From a virus (Duplodnaviria > Caudoviricetes), in the IMG/VR virus record IMGVR_UViG_3300037991_004194, positions 1 through 45,086 of that record: 45,086 nucleotides of DNA. One strand, 5' to 3'. Below, piece after piece: positions 17,887-25,683 of this stretch. Both the position numbers and the translations under genes were made by a program. Each line of letters begins with the position of its first letter. Within the stretch, counting starts at the first letter, position 1. The notes beneath the pieces were generated by a model. That model ran no database searches. It was not told where the DNA came from and saw only the letters and a program-made list of their open reading frames with translations.

Positions 17887-18075
17887 TCATGCTGCGTCCT
17901 TGTGATGTCGTAACGTTGATTGGTCGCGTTGTTGTTGTTTATAAAGGTTAAAATAGGCCCTCTCAAGTGTTGTTAATCGTTTAGCTATTTCCGGATTAGT
18001 TAATGCAAACCGTGCGCGTTCTCTCGCTTGTTGACAATACTTCTCCGGATTTGTTGTCCACTGTCTGACATTCAT
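17887..18075 (-). CDS. Hypothetical early protein
   Basis: 62-aa ORF, ATGA-coupled. Confidence 0.65.
   Translation of the reverse strand: MNVRQWTTNPEKYCQQARERARFALTNPEIAKRLTTLERAYFNLYKQQQRDQSTLRHHKDAA
17892..17915 (-). repeat. 24-bp early-region repeat, copy 3
   Basis: ctgcgtccttgtgatgtcgtaacg. Confidence 0.85.
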
Positions 18076-18515
18076 TCATTCAACTTTTCAATGATTATGT
18101 CAACCATTCTTTTGATACATATGAATTGACCAGTTGCTAGCTGGCTAATTGCTGCTGACGTTGGTGTAATTATCCCTTCATCTAATCCTTCCTGCATGTA
18201 ATTAATGCGGTCCGATTGTTCGCTATACCAGACAAACAAATCGTGATTATAAATATCGATTAAACTGTCTGCAATTTCGTGTGCAACGTCACTATCTAGT
18301 TCGTTGTAATCTTCTAATTTTTCACAAATACTGACGATCATATCATATCTCCAATCATTAGGCAGTTCGCTATCATGCAATTCATAGACAAACTCAGCTA
18401 AATTGTGTGCAGTATCCTTGAGTTTGTAGAATTGTGTCCCATCAGATCTTTCACTGAGCTCAAAAGCAGCCCGCAATGTTCCAGCGGTTACATACCAATC
18501 GATTGTGTTTTCCAT
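18072..18515 (-). CDS. Ocr-like (T7 gp0.3) acidic DNA-mimic anti-restriction protein
   Basis: DVAHEIADSLIDIYNHDLFVW resembles Ocr [21 protein letters not shown]; very early position; start placed at MENT. Confidence 0.65.
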   Translation of the reverse strand: MENTIDWYVTAGTLRAAFELSERSDGTQFYKLKDTAHNLAEFVYELHDSELPNDWRYDMIVSICEKLEDYNELDSDVAHEIADSLIDIYNHDLFVWYSEQSDRINYMQEGLDEGIITPTSAAISQLATGQFICIKRMVDIIIEKLNE

Positions 18516-18543
18516 GGTGGATTTTTGTGTGGGGGTGGTGTTG

Positions 18544-18735
18544 TCAAAAAGGGTTTGTCCAAGTTGCAGCCTGTTCATCTGTCACCTCGCCTTCTTTGTT
18601 CAATGAATCAATAAAGTTCGACCAACATTCACGTTTGGCGATCTTGTCATCACTGCGGATGGTTCTATACATTGACAAGTAATTTTGCCAGACGTACTTA
18701 AACTCCTTCAATGCTTGTCGTTTGGTTGTTGTCAT
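18544..18735 (-). CDS. Hypothetical early protein
   Basis: MTTTKRQALKEF...DKIAKRECWSNFIDSLNKEG...QAATWTNPF. Confidence 0.75.
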   Translation of the reverse strand: MTTTKRQALKEFKYVWQNYLSMYRTIRSDDKIAKRECWSNFIDSLNKEGEVTDEQAATWTNPF

Positions 18736-18908
18736 TAATAGCCAGTCTCCCTAACGTGGACATTTGTAAATTGTTTGCTTGTTGTTCTTATCGAATCGAC
18801 AAGATCAGCAGCTTCTTTGAATGTTGAACACACCCAATGTGGCGGTGCTATGTCACTTCTACGTGGCACCCAATCAGCGTCCACGTGATACAAACGATTG
18901 TCAATCAT
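18735..18908 (-). CDS. Hypothetical early protein, 57 aa
   Basis: MIDNRLYHVDADWVPRRSDIAPPHWVCSTFKEAA...; TAATG-coupled to the next gene. Confidence 0.6.
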   Translation of the reverse strand: MIDNRLYHVDADWVPRRSDIAPPHWVCSTFKEAADLVDSIRTTSKQFTNVHVRETGY

Positions 18909-19074
18909 TGGTGGGTTTTAGTTGATGTTTGATGTTTTGAAGTGTGCTGTGGATAAAGTTGGCCCGTCCTTTGAGTCCTTGTGTTGTACTTGCACGCCAA
19001 CTTGCGACTAGCGCCTGATTAACTGCTAGCAATTCACTTTCAGTTAGGTGTAGACAATGAGCATGTTCTGCCAT
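18901..19074 (-). CDS. Hypothetical early protein, 57 aa (probable first gene)
   Basis: MAEHAHCLHLTESELLAVNQAL...; preceded by ACAAGGACGCAACC-ATG (SD-like AAGGA). Confidence 0.6.
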   Translation of the reverse strand: MAEHAHCLHLTESELLAVNQALVASWRASTTQGLKGRANFIHSTLQNIKHQLKPTND

Positions 19075-19574
19075 GGTTGCGTCCTTGTGGTTGTTGTTGT
19101 TAATCAGTAGCCGAGCCAGTCCAACAACTCAGCCGCGTTTCGCTCGTGTCCTTTGTATCCGTCCTGGCGTAGGCGATACATTGCGGTCCCGTGATCAAAT
19201 AGCAGACGGTTTGCTAGATGTTGTGAAAGCAGCCCAGTTCGAGCGTCTGCCGCATCTAGAACCTGTTCTTCGTACCTCATGGCGTTGTCTCCTGATTCGG
19301 AGTGTGTGGTGTGTATGTGACCAAGTGTAGTGGGTCACGCACCAGAACATGGCAGCTGATGGACCTAGAGACAACGATCAAAAGATACAAACTGCTGATT
19401 TGTAACATATGTACATGAAATCGCCACAGATGCATGACATATTGATGGCCGAGATTCATTGGTATAACTAGCCTTTAGCCTTAACTATTGTTTGTATTTA
19501 CTATTATTTATATCTACTCTAGGACCAAATGTGTTGCCTGATTGTATAAACAAATCATAAACTAGGACCAAAGG

Positions 19575-19591
19575 CACCCCCCAGGGGGGTG
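19575..19591. other. Palindrome CACCCCCC-A-GGGGGGTG in the probable genome-end region
   Basis: Perfect 8-bp arms, in the gene-poor interval between terminase and the first early gene. Confidence 0.7.
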
Positions 19592-19704
19592 AACTGCGCC
19601 CCTGTACCGTCGTTAATAGACCTCAGAAATTTTTGTCAAAAAAGAAGGCCCTCCGGCTACTGGAAGACCTCTGTGACCCACTATGACTCTAGACCCAATA
19701 CACG

Positions 19705-19971
19705 CTACACGCAACCATCAGTCTCATATGATTTGCCCTCTGCTTTCACCTCGACCACCCCTGATTCCTGTTCAAACGACAAGAGCCATTGACGAAGAAG
19801 ATCACCTGTAGGTGTTTTAGAAGGCCATTTAACAAATTTAAGAAGAGCTTTCCGATCAGTAAATAGTCTTGATGTTTTACCAGACCAACAGGTATAGACA
19901 AAAGGAGGACCTTCACGTTGTTTAGTACGTTCAATCCAAAGTTGATCTGCTACAAAGCGTTCTGATTTCAT
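19705..19971 (-). CDS. Hypothetical protein near the genome end
   Basis: 88-aa ORF with a clean ATG start. Confidence 0.7.
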   Translation of the reverse strand: MKSERFVADQLWIERTKQREGPPFVYTCWSGKTSRLFTDRKALLKFVKWPSKTPTGDLLRQWLLSFEQESGVVEVKAEGKSYETDGCV

Positions 19972-20060
19972 ATCTAAGTGATAAATAGATAGTTAGATGT
20001 ATTCCTACATTAAATATATTTAGTAAGTTAAGGCAGAGCCAGTCTTATTAGCTGACTACT

Positions 20061-20225
20061 GACTACCTAGAATTCGTACCCAATCACTCCGTTCACTTCG
20101 TTCACTCCGTTCTTGGACTCATTGATTCTGTCTTTTTAAAGAAGGACAACTTTTACGGACTAACGGAGGACCACCTAAAACTCGTCCCCAATCACTTCGT
20201 CGCTTTGCTCCTTGTTCTTGGACTC
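20061..20225. repeat. Two degenerate ~60-bp direct repeats (20061-20120 and 20169-20225), each foldable as a tandem-GA hairpin
   Basis: Shared gac.accta.aa.tcgt.cccaatcact.cgt ... gttcttggactc. Confidence 0.85.
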
Positions 20226-20361
20226 GTGTCCTAATTTATCTAGTCAATTTGTTGTCTTACTAAAAAACAGGAGGAAAGTCCACCCTCTCTCCTCCTGTTC
20301 TAAAGAGGGGTTGCGAAATCGATTGGTATGACTGGTGTCTTAAAATGAGACTAATGTTGTC

Positions 20362-20706
20362 TCATCCCATGTTATTTAGGACTTTCATTACCTCCTGAAG
20401 CTTGTCTTCATCAATGTCAGAGCCAATAATTTTAATCAGTTCATTTTTTGCAGAATTAAGTTTTTGTCTAGCTTTTTTGAGACGTTCTTGATATTCCTCA
20501 GTACAAGTTTGATCTTTAAAGCAGTCAGCAATTATTTTTGACATGCTAGAATTCTCGGCTTTAGCCAATTCTTCGACTTGATCAGCGTGATAGCTGTCCA
20601 AGAGGACTTGAATTCGCTTGGTGCCATCGGCCACTGATGCATTTGGTGCATATGAACTTGTATAGGGTACTCCCCTATAGGTAAAAATAGTGTTCACTTT
20701 AAGCAA
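20362..20706 (-). CDS. Ribbon-helix-helix-like DNA-binding protein with coiled coil (likely GTG start at 20634)
   Basis: TKRIQVLLDSYHADQVEELAKAENSSMSKII fits the RHH beta-helix-helix pattern. Confidence 0.65.
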   Translation of the reverse strand: MLKVNTIFTYRGVPYTSSYAPNASVADGTKRIQVLLDSYHADQVEELAKAENSSMSKIIADCFKDQTCTEEYQERLKKARQKLNSAKNELIKIIGSDIDEDKLQEVMKVLNNMG

Positions 20707-20739
20707 TCAGTGCGTACTTTTATAAAGCTACACTACACA

Positions 20740-22479
20740 CTACACCCATTTGTGTATCGAGGTGAACTTTTTTTTTAAACGAGCTTGTTGGCGTTGTTTT
20801 AAGTCGAATCCCATGACCATATGCGACGCTGCTTGCTCAGGATCGTCTAACCATGCTTGTTGAAGATCGTTCCAGTCGTCCAACCGTCTTATAGTCATCT
20901 GTTCTTCAGCAGAAATCGCTAGACAATCCGTATAATATTTCACACCTTGAGCCAGGCAGTCGAGACGGTCGTCGTGTTTGACGGCACCTTTTTCTCGACA
21001 CATCCGACTCATTTGATAGAAAAGCATATAGAGGAGCCTTTCTTCAGGTGCAGCGTCTGGGTTTGATCTGAAGTCCCAATCGACCACAGAACGGTCCACG
21101 ATAAGACGATGCTGATTAAGGACAGGTTCAAGGGAGTCAATAATCCGGTCTTCTTTTCTGACATTGGCACGTACCTCTTCGATGTCTATATTTTGTTTAG
21201 TATTTATGAGATGTTTACGGAATAATTCAGCAACAATACCATCACCAAAGTTAGTTTCAATTACAAGTTTAGTGACGTTATATTTTTTACAACTTTTTAG
21301 AATACTGAGTAATGTTTTATCACTGTACCCATCTTTATAAGCTTGCATTTCGTGCAAGTACAGGAAACCGTTTCGTTGTGAGATAAAAGCTGCTGCTGTC
21401 TCATCTGAACCACGACCCGATGGATCAACTGAGCAGATTGTTTCGGAGTAAGGACCCCAGTCTCCCTGGAGTTGCACTGGAGAGTAGAAATAATCTCCAG
21501 GTAGGCCAACAGTGGGAGCGTCTTTGATGATGTTGGAGGGGTCTGACGACCAAATAACGGATTCAGGGCAAGACTCAGGATTAACAGCAGTAACAATGAG
21601 GTCAGCCATTTTAAGAGGGAACTTTTCTGCATCACTAAGGGAAGTATCGAGCATGAACTGGAGAAGGAAGTTGCTCCGACCCATGGCAGCTTCACGTTCC
21701 ATTAGGTCTTCTTCATCGAAGCGTTCTGCATCAGTCAGAGACCATTCCGGGGCACCGTTTGCAATATCTTCTACAAGTTGTGGAGCTAGAAGACCTTCAT
21801 ACTTTGATTGGTCTTTAGGAACACGAGCAGGCCAAACAAAGGGTCTGTAATTACGTTCAGCAAGCTTCCTGTAGATGGTAAAAGTGGTCTGAGGGGTCCC
21901 TAGGTACATAATTCGACTCCAATCATGAGGAGTCAAGATGGATTCAGCCTCCGTACAAAGTTGTAGAAGCTTTTCACGCATTAATTCAGTCAGTGAGTTA
22001 CCAGGAACCTCGATATCGTCCAAAATCATGAGATCTGCACGAGATCCGGTCAACTGACCAGTAATACCAACTGATTTGACACTGGGAGCTTGGTGTGGTG
22101 AGCAATTAATGTCAAAAGAGACGCGAGACCACCGTGCATCATCTGCTTTCGGGCGTAGATGGTTTAGCCAGGGGGTCTCAATGATCAGTTTTTGTAAGAA
22201 GATAGACATGTTATCTGCACGTTCTTTGGATGCAGAGATAATCATGATCTTCTTTTCGTTGTCATTAAATAGTGTCCACAGTACAAACGCCCCAGTAATC
22301 CAAGATTTACCTACACCACGGAAGGCTTGGATCTGTAATCGTTTAGGACCATGTTGTAAGTAGTCAGCGATGGCATATTGGGCTCTAGTAGGGGAGGGAA
22401 GATCAAGCTGCCCCCAGAGGGCCTGGAGGAACAGCTTAAAGTCTTCTCTTAATGCACCTACTATATCGGTGCTATTCAT
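20740..22479 (-). CDS. gp19: Terminase large subunit (T7 gp19-like)
   Basis: QAFRGVGKSW Walker A, LTGSRAD...DDIE, DPSGRGSDET and HDDRLD motifs. Confidence 0.97.
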   Translation of the reverse strand: MNSTDIVGALREDFKLFLQALWGQLDLPSPTRAQYAIADYLQHGPKRLQIQAFRGVGKSWITGAFVLWTLFNDNEKKIMIISASKERADNMSIFLQKLIIETPWLNHLRPKADDARWSRVSFDINCSPHQAPSVKSVGITGQLTGSRADLMILDDIEVPGNSLTELMREKLLQLCTEAESILTPHDWSRIMYLGTPQTTFTIYRKLAERNYRPFVWPARVPKDQSKYEGLLAPQLVEDIANGAPEWSLTDAERFDEEDLMEREAAMGRSNFLLQFMLDTSLSDAEKFPLKMADLIVTAVNPESCPESVIWSSDPSNIIKDAPTVGLPGDYFYSPVQLQGDWGPYSETICSVDPSGRGSDETAAAFISQRNGFLYLHEMQAYKDGYSDKTLLSILKSCKKYNVTKLVIETNFGDGIVAELFRKHLINTKQNIDIEEVRANVRKEDRIIDSLEPVLNQHRLIVDRSVVDWDFRSNPDAAPEERLLYMLFYQMSRMCREKGAVKHDDRLDCLAQGVKYYTDCLAISAEEQMTIRRLDDWNDLQQAWLDDPEQAASHMVMGFDLKQRQQARLKKKFTSIHKWV

Positions 22480-22482
22480 GTT

Positions 22483-23337
22483 TTACTTCTTCTTTTTCTT
22501 ACCAAAGGTGTCTTGATGAATCTTCTTACCTAGAGCTTCTGCCTCTTTGATCTTGCCAGACCTACGTAGGCGGTCATACTCTCTATTACGTGCATCCTTT
22601 GCATAGGCCCGTGACTGTGGTGTAGAAGGTTTTGCAGCGGGTTTCTTAGCTGCTTTAGGTTTAGATCTAAGTGCTTTAAGATCTGACCCTTCAATCTTGT
22701 TAGGGTTGCCACTCTTTTTAGCAATTGTTTTTTGTTTAGGGCTCAGCTTAGATTTATTGGAATTAGCTGCTGCTGCACCTTTTTTAACTGCTGCTGCTGC
22801 TCCTTTAGCAATACCAGGAGACTTCTTCATAGGTGTTTTAGAAGACTTAGCGGCTGGTTTAGGAGCGGGTTTAGAGCCACCAAATGCTTGACGTCCAGCA
22901 CCACGACCAGAGCCAGCAGTGTTTTTCTTGACGTTCTTCTGCATATATCTACCGATTGCTGCACCTGCACCAATGGCTAGTCCTGCTAAACCAAGGCGAC
23001 CTTTCATAGCAGACACACCACGTTTAACCAGTGCTCCACCTTTTGTGCCTGCTGGAAGACGTGGACGCATTCCACGGGGTCCCTTAGCTCTAGGTCCTAA
23101 CTCTCCACCTTTAGTTTTAAGAGAGCCACCTTTAGTAGTCAGTGCTCCACCTTTTTTACCAGGAGGCAATGCCTTTTGACCGCCAGTTACCTTTGCCTTG
23201 CCTTTGGTAATTGGTGTCTTTTCACTTGTAACTTTTGCTGTAGAGACTTTCGAGCGGTTAGCTCTACCTTTGCTACCAGTTACTGGTTTTTTAGTTTTAC
23301 GCTTTCTGCGATTGTAAGCCCCTGTAATTCTAGCCAT
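22483..23337 (-). CDS. Very basic Lys/Gly/Ala-rich protein (histone H1-like composition)
   Basis: 284 aa, low complexity, KGG repeats, short central hydrophobic stretch. Confidence 0.8.
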   Translation of the reverse strand: MARITGAYNRRKRKTKKPVTGSKGRANRSKVSTAKVTSEKTPITKGKAKVTGGQKALPPGKKGGALTTKGGSLKTKGGELGPRAKGPRGMRPRLPAGTKGGALVKRGVSAMKGRLGLAGLAIGAGAAIGRYMQKNVKKNTAGSGRGAGRQAFGGSKPAPKPAAKSSKTPMKKSPGIAKGAAAAVKKGAAAANSNKSKLSPKQKTIAKKSGNPNKIEGSDLKALRSKPKAAKKPAAKPSTPQSRAYAKDARNREYDRLRRSGKIKEAEALGKKIHQDTFGKKKKK

Positions 23338-23659
23338 TAATAAAATCTGTGATAAGTTGTTCTCGTAAAGGATTTAGACCATAGCGGTCTCTCATCCATT
23401 GAAGCCAATTGTTGCTACCTTTGTCCTGATTACACCGCAAACATGCTGGTACGACGTTTCTAATATCTCCACCTCCTTTTGATTTAGGGTGAACGTGGTC
23501 GAGTGTAAGGTTGTGTAATTCATAAGTTTTTCCGCAATAGACACATGTACAGTTAAAGTGTTCTTTAATCGAGCGCCTCCAAAGACGCTTCGCTTCAGAG
23601 GATGTCATGGCTATTAAGTTGTAAATGTAATGATCAGGACTTGGTAGCAGTGGTGTCAT
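23330..23659 (-). CDS. HNH endonuclease
   Basis: CVYCG...TLDHVHPKSKGG...NVVPACLRCNQDKG. Confidence 0.92.
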   Translation of the reverse strand: MTPLLPSPDHYIYNLIAMTSSEAKRLWRRSIKEHFNCTCVYCGKTYELHNLTLDHVHPKSKGGGDIRNVVPACLRCNQDKGSNNWLQWMRDRYGLNPLREQLITDFING

Positions 23660-23934
23660 CGTTTAGAGTTAGTTTTCTTCGCACCTTTCCTACGGTTTGT
23701 CTTACGTGACACGCATTTAAGGTTTTTGCGATTGTTATTTTTAGGATTGTTATCTATATGGTCAACTTCTTTGCCTTTACCGCATTTCAGTGACCGTCTA
23801 GCACGAGTCCTATGTTTGTCTTCTTCACGATGATTACGGCGATACTTTTTCAAATATGTTCGTCGAGCTGCATATTCTTTTTTATGGTTACGTTCGGCTG
23901 CCATACAGCCTCCGTTGAACCAATTCTGGATCAA
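23656..23934 (-). CDS. Small basic HNH-like protein
   Basis: KEVDHIDNNPKNNNRKNLKCVSRKTNR. Confidence 0.75.
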   Translation of the reverse strand: MIQNWFNGGCMAAERNHKKEYAARRTYLKKYRRNHREEDKHRTRARRSLKCGKGKEVDHIDNNPKNNNRKNLKCVSRKTNRRKGAKKTNSKR

Positions 23935-24133
23935 CTTCAGGAATAATACTTGCTAATTTAGACAAAGGACTTCCTTCCATTGCAACTCCAGAAATATCAT
24001 TAGTTTTTAACCAATCACAAGCTGCTTTTAGATCTTGTGTAGAAGCCTTACCCGATTTTACACGGGCAAGGAATTCTTTTGTCACAAGGTTGTGAAGCTC
24101 ATTAAATTGATCTTCAGTAGCTTTCTTTTTCAT
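23888..24133 (-). CDS. gp18: Terminase small subunit (T7 gp18-like)
   Basis: ATEDQFNELHNLVT...DLKAACDWLKTNDI; position upstream of TerL. Confidence 0.85.
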   Translation of the reverse strand: MKKKATEDQFNELHNLVTKEFLARVKSGKASTQDLKAACDWLKTNDISGVAMEGSPLSKLASIIPEVDPELVQRRLYGSRT

Positions 24134-24135
24134 AA

Positions 24136-25305
24136 TTAAGGTGTTCCTACAAATTGGTTGCCATTAGGCCCATTAATGCTCCATTCTTGATCAACAATAC
24201 CTGGGGCAATATTATTGTCGCCACCAGTAATTTCAATTTTTAAATAGGTGATTAATTTAGTTGTTACGCTAGGCGTCCAAATATAGGATGTATAACAAGT
24301 AGGCGCACTTGCAGAGGAAATATTGCAACCGTAACTAGCATGAGTCCAGCTGCCATACTCCATGTCCCACGAACCATTGTGGCCAAAACCATTGTCAGTA
24401 TTAAATCCAACCACCCAATCACCTTGTTCATTTTGAACATAAATTTTTAGGATAGGGTATGTAGGTACTGGAAGATTAGTGTCAGTAACATTAGGACCGT
24501 ATTGACCATATTGAGGACGTCCAAAGGTTTCACCATTAGACCCTCGACAGTACATTTTAAATTGATTATAGGGTGAACCAGCTAGCTCATAAGTAGTACC
24601 ACCGTAACTTAAAACAGTAATTTCTTGCGTGTCATCAATCTGATAATCATCATTCATTCTATCCCCAGTTCTACAGCTACCACCATAAACGGTGCTACTA
24701 CGCATTGTGGCTGTATATTTTACCGTGTAAGGTACAGCTGTAGAATCTAATGGATAAATAATAGTTGTATTGTCTGTACCACCACCTGGATCATCCCATG
24801 GATAAATATAAGTACAAACACCATTTACACGATTGTAGTTTTCAGGGCATGGTGTGGTTTCTGGATCAGGAACACATTGATGCGTTAAAATATAACCTGT
24901 AGGACATTCAGGTTCTGGTGGTGATGGGCTTACTGGTGCTTCTGTTGGATGACACCCACAATCATCTAATGGTATAACAGTGTTTAATGTTGGGCAGCTT
25001 TGAAAATATTCAGAGACATAAGAAGGCATTGGCGAAGGAGTAGGTCCTGAACCATAAGTCCCATGATATTGACCATCTCCTAAACCATTTGGCATATAAT
25101 AGGTTACGCCTCCAATAACGTGTGAGTGTACAGTACCGTTTCCACTCGTATTATTTAGTGCACCAGCTTGTGTATTGTAGAGAGGATAATACCCACTTAA
25201 AGCAAAAGGTCCTGTTTCTGTTGGTGTAGACGTTGGAGTCGGTGTAGGTGTAGGTGTGGGTGTAGGTGTAGGAGAAGGACTTGGCTGTGGATATGAATTA
25301 GACAT
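24136..25305 (-). CDS. Pro/Thr-repeat, Cys-rich protein of unknown function
   Basis: (PT)n linker, GYYPLY...HSH...YYMPNG...YHG module, CPxGY/CPENY repeats. Confidence 0.8.
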   Translation of the reverse strand: MSNSYPQPSPSPTPTPTPTPTPTPTSTPTETGPFALSGYYPLYNTQAGALNNTSGNGTVHSHVIGGVTYYMPNGLGDGQYHGTYGSGPTPSPMPSYVSEYFQSCPTLNTVIPLDDCGCHPTEAPVSPSPPEPECPTGYILTHQCVPDPETTPCPENYNRVNGVCTYIYPWDDPGGGTDNTTIIYPLDSTAVPYTVKYTATMRSSTVYGGSCRTGDRMNDDYQIDDTQEITVLSYGGTTYELAGSPYNQFKMYCRGSNGETFGRPQYGQYGPNVTDTNLPVPTYPILKIYVQNEQGDWVVGFNTDNGFGHNGSWDMEYGSWTHASYGCNISSASAPTCYTSYIWTPSVTTKLITYLKIEITGGDNNIAPGIVDQEWSINGPNGNQFVGTP

Positions 25306-25456
25306 TAAATAATTCCTGGCGGATTAAATTAACAGCGTAATCGTCAACTTTGTTATCACTTCTTTCCGCATAAGCAGACAGTAAATCAATTACTAAATTT
25401 TTTACTGCATCAGACGTAAGAAATGCAAAAATAATTGGACGGATAAGTTTAATCAT
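25298..25456 (-). CDS. Small lysis-region protein, 52 aa (not in ORF track)
   Basis: MIKLIRPIIFAFLTSDAVKNLVIDLLSAYAERSDNKVDDYAVNLIRQELFNV; ATGA-coupled. Confidence 0.75.
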   Translation of the reverse strand: MIKLIRPIIFAFLTSDAVKNLVIDLLSAYAERSDNKVDDYAVNLIRQELFNV

Positions 25457-25680
25457 TTGAAAATAATCTTGTCGAGTTTGTTTTCTATACGAACCATATG
25501 GGTCTCTACTCTTTCAAGAACTGTAGAAAATTCTTGTTTAGTTAGGTAGTCTTCAGCAACCCTTAGTTCTACACCGTCTACACGACGGTCTAACTCATGA
25601 ACCCGTGAGTGGATACGGGTTATGAGCACACTGAAGCCAGTAGCCATAGCTACGGCGATAGGAATGACACTTTCTAACAT
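25453..25680 (-). CDS. Holin-like single-TM coiled-coil protein
   Basis: N-terminal hydrophobic helix then coiled coil ending RIENKLDK. Confidence 0.6.
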   Translation of the reverse strand: MLESVIPIAVAMATGFSVLITRIHSRVHELDRRVDGVELRVAEDYLTKQEFSTVLERVETHMVRIENKLDKIIFK

Positions 25681-25683
25681 TTT

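Noticed and set aside
19073-19560. Specific sigma70 early promoters and ORFs 19073-19330 and 19277-19459
   Set aside because: The region is AT-rich and probably holds host promoters, but I could not fix convincing -35/-10 pairs, and the ORFs lack coding features.
20061-20225. Mini-CRISPR array
   Set aside because: Only two degenerate ~60-bp units, no constant repeat with unique spacers, and no cas genes.
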